A stretch of 64,000 nucleotides of DNA, taken from NCBI GenBank assembly GCA_951406725.2, contig OX597828.1, positions 65,534,001 to 65,598,000 on the forward strand. Reading direction: 5' to 3'. This DNA is from Octopus vulgaris. Lineage: Eukaryota. Position 1 is the first letter of the stretch. Every line of letters starts with the position of its first letter. Both the position numbers and the translations under genes were made by a program. This document shows positions 13,975 to 27,025 of this stretch, piece after piece. The notes under the pieces are model-generated. The model made no database searches and was not told the DNA's origin. It saw only the letters and a program-made list of their open reading frames with translations.

Positions 13975-14385
13975 TGTCATAAGGTTCCCAGACTACTTCT
14001 GTAGCACGCCAACAGATGGGTCGCCCGTTTGCGTCAGCAGTAAGAGCTGACAGTGACCTTCATGAGACAGTGTGCCAAGTGACGACGCTGCATTTACTTC
14101 GCAAGCTGTGAAATCTGTGTTTTTATGATCACGTGTTTGCTGTAGTCTGCGATTTTGTCACGAACAGGAAGTTGAAACGAAAGAGCCAACGTGAGATTTT
14201 GCGTTAAACTTGGGAAGTCTGCTACAGAGACATTAAGTCATGTTTCGGCAAGCTTATAACGAGGAGGCAGTGGGTCTTACGCAATGGTTCGAGTGGCACA
14301 GGCGTGTTTTGGTAGGCTTATAACGAGGAGGCAGTGGGTCTTACGCAATGGTTCGAGTGGCACAGTCGTGTTTTGGTAGGCTTAT
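13975..14385 (+). mobile_element. Mariner 5' fragment (HTH) with an internal tandem duplication
   Basis: RANVRFCVKLGKSATETLS/MFRQAYNEEAVGLTQWFEWH; ~62-bp segment repeated at 14251 and 14316. Confidence 0.75.
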
Positions 14386-15223
14386 CATAGGACCTCGAAT
14401 TTCCCAATCCCTATGTATCACTGTACAGAGATACTCCTGAGAACTTGTTTAGACAGGTTATTTACTTGCAAAGAAAAACGTACACAGTTGGCTCTCTATT
14501 TCGCATTTTTGCAAGTCAGAAATGGAAATTAAAAGCGAGATGGTATCGAACACGCGGCCGACCTCGTTAACACATTATCAGAGTCAGCAACCAAGTGTGT
14601 CTATTAGGTATATCTTAATCATAAATTTTACATACAAAGTACTCCATCAGCAAAAATGGTCAACGTAAGTAGGCATCCGTTTGGAAAAAGAATGAAAATG
14701 TTTCTTTTATTATATATTCTATAGCTATTGTGTTATTTCTCATTAGTTTTCGTATTGTAATTCGGAAATAGCAAACGAAATGTTCTCTAAAATTTGAAAG
14801 TAATTCAGGAAAAGTCATAAACAGCGTAACAATGACACTTTAAAGGAAGCCATTAGTGAAGGAATATAAGAACAATTCTTACTTCGCCAATGAAACAGAT
14901 ATGTTCTTGTCATGTGACATAAATGTATCTGCTAAATGAACATGGAAAAAAGAAATGACAGATATTTGTATTGTTAAATAAGCTTTATTTGTCTATTAAT
15001 TAATGCAACGTCGTAAATGCAGCCATTTGGCAAAACCTTAATTCCAAAACATTTCTCGTTTTTTTTTTTTTTTTTGAAGCAACGCAAAAATTATATCCGA
15101 TAAGCCCATTGAATCGTAGCTACTGTAAATTCTGTAATTGTTAAAGGTATAATGATAACATACAATCATAACGGATCCACATATACACATATAAATTGAA
15201 TTGTATATACATATATACGTACG

Positions 15224-15257
<34 letters not shown>

Positions 15258-15262
15258 TGTAT

Positions 15263-15296
<34 letters not shown>

Positions 15297-15385
15297 GAGC
15301 GTAGGCTCGAAACGCCAAAGACTTCAAACTAATACACTTTATTGATACCTCTGTTTTTGTTTTTGTATCTATTTGTATGTATACA

Positions 15386-15445
<60 letters not shown>

Positions 15446-15488
15446 GGCGGGCGAGAGTTTTGTATGTATAAATGTCTATATGTATGTA

Positions 15489-16360
15489 TAGCGTGTGTTC
15501 AGGCTGAATTTTAATATCTTTATGACTCCCTTTTTCGGGAACAACTCGATATATAGGTGAACATGGTGAATAATCAACGGCGTTGGAGAGCAAAAAAATT
15601 TAAATTGTAGTTGAGAAAAATTAGCTGACATGGAGTACTGGAAGACAGCAAAATACTGGGAAAAGAGTTGCCTGTATCATGAGGATTTGCACCAGGTATC
15701 AAAATGCCGGCATAATGATTGCTGCTCACTGTTCTGTGAACAGTGTAAGACGTGATATGAACAGTTGCCACGGAGACAACAAAACCGTGGCCAACAGAGA
15801 GAGATACAGCAGGCCTTTTGACTACATCCGCACGCCGGGAATCGTCTCTACATCTTTGAACAAGGACTTAGGCTCAAAAATAGGCTAAATTCTGACGGTT
15901 GTGTGAAACTGCTGGAGAGCGTTGCTGCTGGAAGGCCGTATTTGTGGCAGCAGGATTTGGCTCCTTGCCGTAACTCCGGAAAAATTCACAAGTGATTGTC
16001 GCAGAATTTCTACAACTTCACCAGCCCCAATTTCTGGCCTGCTAATTCCCCCAATTTTGATCTCATAGATTACTATACGTGAGACATGGTTGAGAAAAGA
16101 CACCGACAGCTCTGCCTGCAGCATCAAAGCCGAGCTGGTAGTCAAGCTCAAGGAGGAATTCGAAGGTCTACCCAGGGACTATGAGGAACGCATGCACCAG
16201 ATTTCGAAGGCATCTTGAAGCCTTGGTGAATGCTGAGGATGGCTACTTTGAACAAACTGTTTATCTCCCAGCCATGATTAAATTGATATTGTGTTAGTCT
16301 TTTTTTAAATACTTTTATTTTTCAATGAGACATTGTGTTGTCTTTTCCTTCTATGCAAAC
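15489..16360 (+). mobile_element. Decayed Tc1/mariner element (maT/DD37D-like)
   Basis: GRPYLWQQDLAPC and FWPANSP motifs; homologous to 44205-45281; left end resembles the reverse complement of that copy's TIR. Confidence 0.7.
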
Positions 16361-16449
16361 TTATATTTTTTATAATTTGTACATATGTATTTGGTAGATG
16401 CCTTTTACCTTTTATGCATTTGGTACATTTTACATGTAATTGGTACATG

Positions 16450-16646
16450 TCCAGTCATTGAACTACGGCCATGCTGGTGCACTGCCTTCGACAGTTTAAT
16501 CTAAGAGATCGACCCCAGTACATTTTCGTAAGTCCGATACTTATTCTATCGGAGTCTTTTGCTGCACTGCTAAGTTGCATTTCCGCTCTGTATTCGACTG
16601 ACGCTTCGGTATTAAGCATCGCAGTGCCTAAGCGAAGTATTAGTTA

Positions 16647-16735
<89 letters not shown>

Positions 16736-16738
16736 TGC

Positions 16739-16813
<75 letters not shown>

Positions 16814-16970
16814 CGACTGTGTCTTTCAGTTTCTGTCTACTAAATCCGCTCACAAGTCCTTGGTCAGCCCGGGGCCACAGCCGAAAACATTTTCCCAATG
16901 TGCTGCACTGTGGACTGAACCCGAGCCCACATTGGTTGGAAAACAAACTTCTCAACCATACACCCACCTC
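16450..16970 (-). mobile_element. SINE family B with expanded internal TG/TA microsatellite
   Basis: Head and core at 16812-16970 and 3' half at 16450-16575, both reverse complement. Confidence 0.7.
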
Positions 16971-17256
16971 AGTGTTTATGTATGTATGTATGTATGTATG
17001 TATGTATGTATCTATGTATGTATGTATGTATGTATGTATGTATGTATGTATGTATGTATGTATGTATGTATGTATGTATGTATGTATGTATGTATGCTTG
17101 CATGTATATGTATGTATATGTGCATGTATGTATGTGTGTATGTACGTGTGTATATGTGTACGTATGTTATGTATGATATGTATGTGTATATGTGTTTGTA
17201 TATGTATGTATGTGTGTATGTATGTCTGTATGTGTGTGTGTATGTATGTATGTATG

Positions 17257-18730
17257 CATACTGGACAAAATAATGGAACCACCACTTTATATTTTATTAT
17301 TTTTTCTGTCGGTTACATGTCAAATTCCTAACTGTTTGTATACATTATGTAAGCTTTCTGCTTCATCGTATAGCAATTCGTCTTGGTTTCTGTTTGTTTT
17401 TTTGTTCTGTTCTTGATAGGGAAAGATATTTATATCTAAATAAGTTAAAATGCGTGACATTTCTGATTTCCAAAGAGGATAAATTGTCAGAACGCAAATG
17501 GCTGGAGCTTCATCAGTAAAATTGCTGACTTGTTTAATATTTAGAGAAGTACACGCTCAAGACCGTGTTGACATTCTAAAGCCATGGTTAAACTATCTCT
17601 AACAAGCATAATTGTAGACAAAAGCAAGGGACCGAAGAACAGTGAAACGTGTTGTGTGTAAGAACCATCGAACAACCGTAGCGAAAGTGAAAGTAGAGCT
17701 TAACCAACACCGTTCCAACTTTTTATCAACGAAAACCAGTCTTCGTGACATCTATAAAGGTGAATACCATGGGAGGGTTGCATTTGCTAAACGTCTCTTA
17801 TCCCTATCAAAGCTGATTAGCGGGAAAATTATGTCTAGACTATCAATGGAACAATGTTATCGTCTCTAACGGATCATCATTCGACCTTTTTGCCACTTCG
17901 GGGCGAGTTTATGTCTAAAGACATTCCAAAGTAGCCTTCAACTCTGACTGTTTAGCCGCTACTGTGAAGCATGGGGGGTGACTCTGTGAGGATTTGGGCA
18001 AGCCATATCGCAAAATTCTTTTGGCCCATAACTTGTTGTAACAGCAGGGTCAACGCTAAGGATTATCTAAATAATTCAACTGTTCATGTCCACCTTATGG
18101 TACAAACATTGTTTCCTGGTAGTAATCTCCATCCAGAATGATGATCCACTGACTCAAACGGTTAATGTGATTCAAAATTGGTGCGAAGAGCACAAAAGTT
18201 AAGTAAACCACCGAGTTTGGATCCCACAATCACTGGATCGTAATATAATCAAATATCCATGGTGCATTTTGGAGTAGCTTTAAGGAGCCGCTTCCCTCTG
18301 CCAGCTTCACTGAAAAAGCTAAAGTAGGCTTCACCTGAAAAAAATGGCTCAAAATTCCCCTAACAGCCGTTCAGAATTTGTAGAGTCAATTCCTCGACGT
18401 ATTAAAGTTGTAATTGATGTCAAATGTAAACCAGCTTCGTATTAAATAATGGTTTCAAACTTCGGGACAAGGCCAGCAATTTCGGGAGAGGGGTTTCAGT
18501 CAATTACATCGAGCTCAGTGTTCAGCTGGTACTTATTTCATTGACCCCGCAAAGATGAAAGGCAAAGTCGACCTCCATGGAATTTGAAATCAGAACGTAA
18601 AGGTGGAAGAAAATGCGGCTAACCATTTTGCCCGGCGTACAAACAATTCTACCAACTCGACACCTTGACTTCGTATTTAATAATAAAACTTCTATTTCAC
18701 AAGTTGTTCCATTATTTTGCCTAATGCTGT
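17257..18730 (+). mobile_element. Full-length decayed Tc1-like transposon
   Basis: TIRs GGACAAAATAATGGAAC / GTTCCATTATTTTGCC; frameshifted transposase MRDISDFQRG..., KRVVCKNHRTTVAKV, TVKHGGDSV, WIPQSLDRNII (WPPQSPDLNxIE). Confidence 0.85.
18451..18666 (-). mobile_element. SINE A inserted in the Tc1
   Basis: 16-bp TSD CTTCGTATT(A/T)AATAAT at 18435-18450 and 18669-18684. Confidence 0.85.
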
Positions 18731-19227
18731 GCGCATGTTTTTATTCGTTCCCAGATCAAGTGTGCACGAGCAAACCTAGAATCAAATGCATTCCAACCAC
18801 TAATTCTCCTGTTTGCATGTTTATGACAACAATACTCAATGTGTGTTTCTTTAAGACAAAAGGTTGCTAATTGAAAGGATTTGACAAGTATTTCTAGTAG
18901 GTCGAGTGTTCCTCATTTCGCTGCTCCCTCGTTGACATTCATGTACTTATCCTGGCATTGAGTCGTCATGAAAAAAGGCACTTAAATTCCAGAGCCATAT
19001 TTTCTTGTTTTATATTCATATTTTGAAATATTTTGCAGTTACTTACTTAAAATTAAAAACTTAATTTAGAAAATAATAATGCAGTTACTGAATGATATCC
19101 AAGAAATCGGAAAAGGCTACTCGGAAGACATGACAATAATGGGAAGACAATTTCATGAAACAAATTGGGCCGAGATGGAAAAGAAAAGCGTAATCAAGAG
19201 AGAACTGGAAGTACATTGAGACCAGTC

Positions 19228-19453
19228 GGCGAGCTGGCAGAATCGTTAGCACGCCGGGCGAAATGCGCAGCCGTATTTCGTCTGCCGCTACGTTCTGAGT
19301 TCAAATTCCACCGAGGTCGACTTTGTCTTTCGTCCTCTCGGGGTCAATAAATTAAGTACCAGTTACGCACTGGGGTCGATGTAATCGACTTAAGCCGTTT
19401 GTCTGTCCTTGTTTGTCCTCTCTATGTTTAGCCCCTTGTGGGTAGTAAAGAAA
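19228..19453 (+). mobile_element. SINE A, full length
   Basis: GGCGAGCTGGCAGAATCGTTAGC head through GGGTAGTAAAGAAA tail. Confidence 0.9.
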
Positions 19454-20684
19454 CAAATTTATAACATCAGATAGTCTGGTGAATACACGCGATGCAGGCG
19501 ATTCCAATATTCCCATTATTTCCTTTTGTATTCCTTTCTTGTCTTTTTATAAATATTTAACCCTTTCTCTCCTTCTTTACTTTTTGGTCTGCTTATATTT
19601 ATTCAGCTTCTCTGAACAAATGTTTAAAACATTTTGTTTATTAACAGATCTGAATACTGGATTCAATGCTCATTTTCCCAACAGGTATCTTAGACTGGGA
19701 TGGTCAATGCTATTAATTATCAGTGTTTCGTTGTTAATAAGATGATACTGTGAAAGGAGTGAGCCTAGAGAAGGAACTACGAGATCGAATAAATAAATAT
19801 ATGGTCCAAATGTTAAGTTGATGAGAGGAGATAAGGATGGTGAAGCAAGTGGGTTTAGTTTGAATGGTACTCAGCAAGTAAGTTCGGCGAGCAGAATCAA
19901 TTCTAGTGCCTAGAGAAATCACAGAAAAAAAGGACATTGCATTTGAGTATTAATGGTTGTACTGTTTTGGCAAATGAAGGTTAGACTATCAAACAGATAG
20001 AGCAAGGTGAGTTTATATTCTTGTTGCGTACTATTAGCTACGAAATAAATGTTCAGCATAAAATGTCACATCAGATTATGAGATCTAGCATCTGTATAAA
20101 CTACGAAGCATGTTTAACTGCGTGATAGCGTGTCTAATGAATGCCTGCGGTAGTATCTATATGGACGTTTTCTATCTTTAACAGAGAATATCTATTTCCT
20201 ATGTTTATTAAAGTATTGCTCGTGTATTCTATCAGGTGCCTCATTTTAAATACAATCATTAATTCCCTGAGTTTCATTGATTAATCATTTCGATTGCCTA
20301 TATCAAAATAATATTCGCACCATCTGTTTTCGGTGCTAATTTAATAAACCAATAATACTCTTCTATGATTTTAGCTTTCTTCTATATATCATGAATCTTT
20401 TTGGCCTGTTTGTTTTGCTTTGTTTTATTTTGTTATTTTTTTTACAAATATTTGTAAAGCCGTTGTCGAAAAAATGCCACTATCAATTGTCTGTCCACAT
20501 ACTCTGTCCTATGGATTTCCTCTGTTGAACATATCCCTGTCGCACCATCTAATACAGCATCCGCCAGCTCATCAATTAACTAACTTTAGCTAACTTTAGC
20601 TCATCAATTTAACAAGGGATGGCTAATTTATACACTTTTTCTTTGCATCAATTTCCGACATATTTGTTATCACCGCTAATCCAC

Positions 20685-20970
20685 GCTCTCTCTCTTTCTC
20701 TCTCTCTCTCTCTCCCTTTCTCTCTCTCTCTCTCCTTTTCTCTCTCTCACTTTCTCTCTCTCACTTTCTCTCTCCCTTTTTCTCTCACTCTTTCTCTCTC
20801 ACTTTCTCTCACTCTTTCTTTCTTTCTCTCACTCTTTCTTTTTCTCTCTCCTTCTTTCTTTCTCTCTCTCTCTTTCTTTCTTTCTCTCTCTCTTTCTCTC
20901 TCTCTCTTTCTTTCTTTCTCTCTCACTTTCTCCCACTTTCTCTCTTTTCTCTCTCTCTCTCCCTCTTTCT
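20685..20970. repeat. Degenerate (CT)n polypyrimidine tract
   Basis: Visible CT/CTTT repeats. Confidence 0.9.
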
Positions 20971-21297
20971 TATCCTGATGACGAAATTGTCTATGTCCAT
21001 TTTATCTCCTTTTTCCATATATCGTCCACACACAATATTTTCACCCAACATTGCAAGTTATTCCTGCAGGAAAACCTGAAAAATAGTCTTGTAATAATGA
21101 TTTGACAACTTATGTTCATTCAACTGCAATAAAACGTTTACAGTAGACATATCTCGTAATTGACTATATTCTTCTAAAATCAATACTAACTTTCAAATGC
21201 TAAGTAACAATTTTGGACAACCTTGTAAGGAAGTCGCACTTTTCATAGCTAAGAGTGCTTCGCAAAATCTGCTTCTTTTAGAAAGTCAATATATATC

Positions 21298-21329
<32 letters not shown>

Positions 21330-21366
21330 TGTATGTATGTATGTATGTATGTGTGTCTGTGTATAA

Positions 21367-21610
21367 AATTATAATTTAGGGTATCTAAGAGATACCACCA
21401 CGCTGGAAATAGCAGTCAAAACCTGACTCTAAAATCACATTAAATGTTAATTTAATGTGGTTTTAGAGTCAAGTGGTTTTAGGGTATCACCACGCTGGAG
21501 ATAGCAGTCAAAACCTGACTCTAAAATCACATTAAATTAACATTTAATGTGGTTTTAGAGTCAAGTTTTGACTGCTATTTCCAGCGTGGTGATACCCTAA
21601 ATTATAATTT
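21367..21610. repeat. Nested fold-back (compound inverted and direct) repeat
   Basis: Outer IR AAATTATAATTTAGGGTATC / GATACCCTAAATTATAATTT enclosing two GACTCTAAAATCACATTAAAT hairpins. Confidence 0.9.
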
Positions 21611-21688
21611 AAATAATTATTACTTTTGAAGGTTTTTATTTCTCATGCTGGCCATCTGATAAGATCGGTATTTAAATATCGATCTTAT

Positions 21689-21746
<58 letters not shown>

Positions 21747-22695
21747 TCAGAGGTTGAGTGAGAGAGACAAACAGACTACTTGCGAGTAGTCCTCATATAT
21801 CTGGGGAAGTGCCCATAATCTTTTTGACCAATCAAAAAAATTGCCGTCCAACTGGTTGGCATTATTTTCTGTGTCTCTTCTACCACTACTTTGAGTGATC
21901 TAAAACAATCCACTCCTTGCAAAAACTTGGCATTTCTCCGTCATCTGCGATATTCTAAATCTAATGCACCCTTTTTCCTACAAGAACAGCATCTCTTTGG
22001 AGCAACATCCTGCCTACGTCTTTTCACCAATTGCTAACCTTCAAATTTTCAATATGAACATTATTAAACCTCTTATTAAGCAGCTATTGCAATACAGATT
22101 TAATTATAACTACACATCACTTATTTACTAATAACACATCAATACTAGTTACAATTTATGTATATGCTCTCTTGGTTATTTTCCTCACTGGTTGACTTGT
22201 AGAGAATGAAGCGTCCATGTTATTTAATTTACGAAGAGCAAATGTTTTATCGGTTTTTTCTTCTTCCACCATATTCATTAACACGTTCTATAATAGTCCA
22301 ACTATTATCATATTGCTATTAAGGAAGATGGAATATTCTTATACAGCTGTATAATCTCGAAATACAGACAGCAAAAGACCATCGTTTCTCTTCAAGCGTC
22401 CATTTTGTCTCGTAACTGATTCCAGCTGTCGTTACTAAACAGTGATTACCTTTAGTAAAGCAAGAATCAATCGAAACCAAATCAAAATTGTGGAAGAGAA
22501 TATTGTTTCACTATTTTCTAACGTAATTAGCCATTTGAAGAGCGATTTGCAGCTTTTCTAAATAAATAACTCTTTTGTAAATAATAAAGATTTTCTTTTC
22601 TTGTTTAAATATTCGAAATAATATTCATTAATAGGATACCGGGACACACACACACACATAATATATAACACACAGGCACACATAGGTGTTTAAAC

Positions 22696-23219
<524 letters not shown>

Positions 23220-23599
23220 TCTACAAAAGTTTTCGTCTTTTTATTTTCTTTGAAATGTACACTAAAGATGTAAATTTTCTCGATGCAACTCTAAACTCCA
23301 AGCAATATTCGGAAATGGCCAGAAGAAATATCAGTAGCAAACTTTTTGCTAGACTTAGCATTTTGAGTTTAGCTGTAAAACGCAATATTTCGGAGATTAC
23401 CTAAATTTTATGAATATTAAAGATAACTACTGGTACAGAAATAAATTTTGTGTGTGCGCGTGATATACGTATTATATCGTCAAGTTTTAGATAACAGTTA
23501 TTAGACTGTGGGTCTTCCTTCGAGGAATTTTAATCGTTTATGTAGTGGTGTGCAGAAGAGTTCTCATCGTTACAGCTGTCAGAAATTTTCTGCAAACTG

Positions 23600-23900
23600 T
23601 GTTATTAATTTCGATGTTTCAACGGAATTTTTTTGGATATTACAGACCACAATTCTTGATATTGAAACAATAAATGTCATAGCTATCTTATCAATAAATA
23701 TTCCAAGATTCTTTTCAATAAGAGAATACATAGCATCTATTTGCAATGAAACCCAAGTTGACGTCCTATGCTTATAACCATTCCACAGAGGCCTTCGGGA
23801 CATCTAAAATAAATGGCATTATTAAAGCAAGTGAACAAGCAAATTGATGTGACATTATGAAGTATAACAAAAAGAATTCGAAAAGTTATAAGAATCTAAA
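23600..23900 (+). mobile_element. LINE AP-endonuclease N-terminal remnant
   Basis: ILSINIP...EYIASICNETQVDVLCL*PFHRG resembles the APE start (SxN...DVLCLQETH). Confidence 0.45.
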
Positions 23901-24249
23901 ACTCACAAACCTCCCAGTACATCCTTTCTGTCTTCTGAAGTAGTTCATGTAATCTCATCAAAACCCCCAAAACAGCATTGTACATCTGAAAAGTCTTAAT
24001 GTTGGATTCACGAAATTGCTAACACGACTGGAGCCAGAGAAGTTCATTCTGGGAAGAAACCAATCAGCTTAATCTATAATGCTTTACCAAGAAAAATTAT
24101 TTAATAATAAACGTTGGATATGTATATACAGTACAGATTTCGCGATTGTAACTAATCAAATATCTATAAAATCTAAGACCAAATTCTCCCTACCCAAACA
24201 CTCCTCCCAGAATGGTACAACATAATCCCAATGTGAATGACCACAAGTA

Positions 24250-25076
24250 AAATGGTTCTTTGACAAAAGGACTCTGATAAAGGCAATGCAGTGTATAATT
24301 ACCGGCCTGAGTTTGTTCACTGGAGATTGTATGAGAAGTATGGTCTTGAAAAAATACGGAAACGGTACGAAGATAAACCAAAATAATGAATTTAAAATTT
24401 TATGGAATATTACAATCTAATCTGACACACTAATTGATGCTTGGAGACCAGACAACGAGGCAATTTCTACACTTCTCCTCTGAAAGCCATCTACTCGCAA
24501 TACCAGAGGGCGCACACTCTCCTACCCTGATATAATCTCCAGGGAGACAGGCATCCAGCAACAGGACCTCCATAATGCTATGATGGACCGTGAAGTCTGG
24601 CGTAGCATAGTAAATTCCATTGTCTCGACCAGGTCGAACAATGATGATGATGAAACCAGACATTGTTGTGGTGGTTCAGAGGAAGAAAGAAACCAAGATT
24701 ATAGATATTGCCACACCTGCGGACCAACGCGTGAGTGACTAAAAGCTAGTAAAGATGGGAAAATGCAAGCTACCAGAAGACGAAATTGCACGTATGTGGG
24801 AAATGAAGAAATTAACTGTCATCCTAGTAGTTGTAGCGGCACTCGGAGTACCAACAACCAGGTTTGAGAAATATGTCGGTGAAATAAGAATTGATATGTA
24901 AGCGGAACGTGCTCAAATACTGCTCTATTAGGGACAGCGAGGATCTTGAGACTGGTACTTGGGTGTTAAGTATCGTGGAAAGAGACCTTGTGATACTTTT
25001 GACAGCGGGTTGTTGTCTGCTCTTACAGAATTAACCGCAGCGAATAAAATCGAGAGCTCTGAGAAGTAAAATGGAA
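24250..25076 (+). mobile_element. R4/Dong-like non-LTR 3' region (restriction-like endonuclease) ending at (AAT)n
   Basis: NNEFKILWNITI...KPDIVVV..KETKIIDIATP...EIARMWEMKKLTVILVVVAALG...GTARILR; followed by an AAT run. Confidence 0.8.
24441..24652 (+). mobile_element. RTE-like LINE 3' end nested in the R4/Dong remnant
   Basis: DLHNAMMDREVWRSIV-type C-terminus, (GAT)n tail, flanking ACCAGACA repeat. Confidence 0.6.
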
Positions 25077-25094
25077 ATAATAATGATAATAATG

Positions 25095-25170
<76 letters not shown>

Positions 25171-25506
25171 GTGGATGAGCATCATAGCCGTGTGTTAAAA
25201 GGAATTCTTGGAAGTTTGGATAATTCACCTTTGGAAACATGGGTGGTTCGTTCGACATACTTAAACGATCCTTATTCAGGGACCTTTTGAGCGGGATGGG
25301 CTACACGACCAGAAGAAAATTCTAACTGAGCCCCGCCTGCAAGGTCATGTGCTGTTTATCTTGATATGAGATCACCATGTCACGCACATATGTTTGTGAT
25401 GCATGTGCCTAATGTACCCTTATCAGATGGGTAGTCATGATAGGTATACTGGGCTTCGTATATTTACCCCAGTGTCACTTTGATGGCATGCACTGCTCGC
25501 TCACTC

Positions 25507-25508
<2 letters not shown>
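25171..25508 (+). mobile_element. Retroposon 3' segment between AAT runs
   Basis: Distinct block ending CTCACTC-(AAT)n and bounded by AAT on both sides; family not identified. Confidence 0.5.
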
Positions 25509-25590
<82 letters not shown>

Positions 25591-26001
25591 GTGATCTAAT
25601 ATTTAATTTAGAGTTTATTTCGTCGATCTCGTAAGATTCGAAATGTAAAGTGGGAATTAAGGACGAAAGGACACAAGTAGGATGGAGAAAATACTACACG
25701 AAGTATTTATGTGCACTTGCCTATCTCTTTGAGTCTAATTGTGTAAACACTGTTATATGAACAAGAAAGAGAAAAGAAAAGTACTCAATACTATAGTATA
25801 CTTGAAAACAAAACTTCACATATCTCAAATGCCTATTGTCTGGATCACAAGTTACTTTTCATACTTTGATTTCACGAAATTCTATTACAAAGTTAACAAA
25901 GCAGAAAATTTTAGACCAGTATCTGTATCTAATCCCTTGCGCTTGTTCAACTATTTTAATTCTGTAAAATATCTCTTAAACTATATCACTTAATTTATAT
26001 G

Positions 26002-26381
26002 CGTCGCCAAAGTCCCTCCCCTCCTCACCGTGGTGGGGACGCTGGCAACGGGTAGTGTCAGAGCTATGCCGTCGGGAACTTCGGTCCCTAGTAGGGCCAC
26101 CCAAGGCGGATTGGTCTGACACCGAGTGGTATTAGGACCACAACCCGGCAGGCGGGGCTCAGGTAAAAATCCTCGGAGTGTCTGTTTCGCCAACCAACGG
26201 CTCCTCGGCCGTTCTGTCCCTGCGTCTGCGGACAATCTGCGGCAAACAGGATGTCTCTACATGCGGGATTGTTGGGGACCCCTTGTGAAATCCACATATT
26301 CCCACGAAAATTCTTCCATGAGTAGAAGAAGCCGACTAAACCTGCCCAGGGTGAATGTCGCCACAAGTACAAGTAGTAAGT
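26002..26381 (+). mobile_element. Non-autonomous RTE-derived (bipartite) retroposon
   Basis: 14-bp TSD ACTTAATTTATATG (25988-26001, 26382-26395); RTE 5'-UTR-type motif GAGCTATGCC...GTAGGGCCACCCAAG; short AAGT-repeat tail. Confidence 0.75.
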
Positions 26382-26812
26382 ACTTAATTTATATGTGGCA
26401 GTATTCCTATTTAATGGTTCATTTTTAGAATTTTTTTGGTGTACCGCAAAATCATTTCAAGTTAAGGTATAATCAGCATAGGTACACTAAAAGAAACTTG
26501 AGAGTTCTAATGAGAGGTTATATAAACAAATTTGAAAATTGGGATATAACACTTTTAGACTTTAAAATTACATAGTATTTACGAGAATAACCAAACATTA
26601 TATTTAGATAACAGTGGTTGTAAATTTTGCATTTGAGGAGTGGATGTATTTGCCTCATAAGGATTCAGTCCGAAATACTACAAGTTCTGAGCAAATATCA
26701 TTTTGTCAACAGAAATTAAAATTTTTATCAAATTATTTTAAAACACCAGCTGGTTGAACGCTGCCTGTATAATCCCGTTAAACACTTTAATCTAATATAA
26801 AGGGCTTTTTTA

Positions 26813-27025
26813 AGGCGATGAGCTGACAGAATCGTTACCGCACCGGAAAAATTGATTAGCGACATTTCTTCCGGCTTTATGTTCTGTGTTCAAATGCTGC
26901 CGGGGTCGACTGTGCCTTTCATCCTTTCTGCGTCGATTTAAATAAGTACCAGTTGAATACTAGATCGACGTAATTGACTTGCCCCTCCCTCTAAACTGCT
27001 GGCCTTGTGCCAAAATTTGAAAGCA
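26813..27025 (+). mobile_element. SINE A, older subfamily
   Basis: Diverged head and core; alternative tail GCTGGCCTTGTGCCAAAATTTGAAA; TSD-like AATATAA(A/G)GGCTTTT. Confidence 0.8.

Noticed and set aside
20975-21000. CTGATGA-C-GAAA
   Set aside because: No stem II and no stem I or III pairing; likely chance
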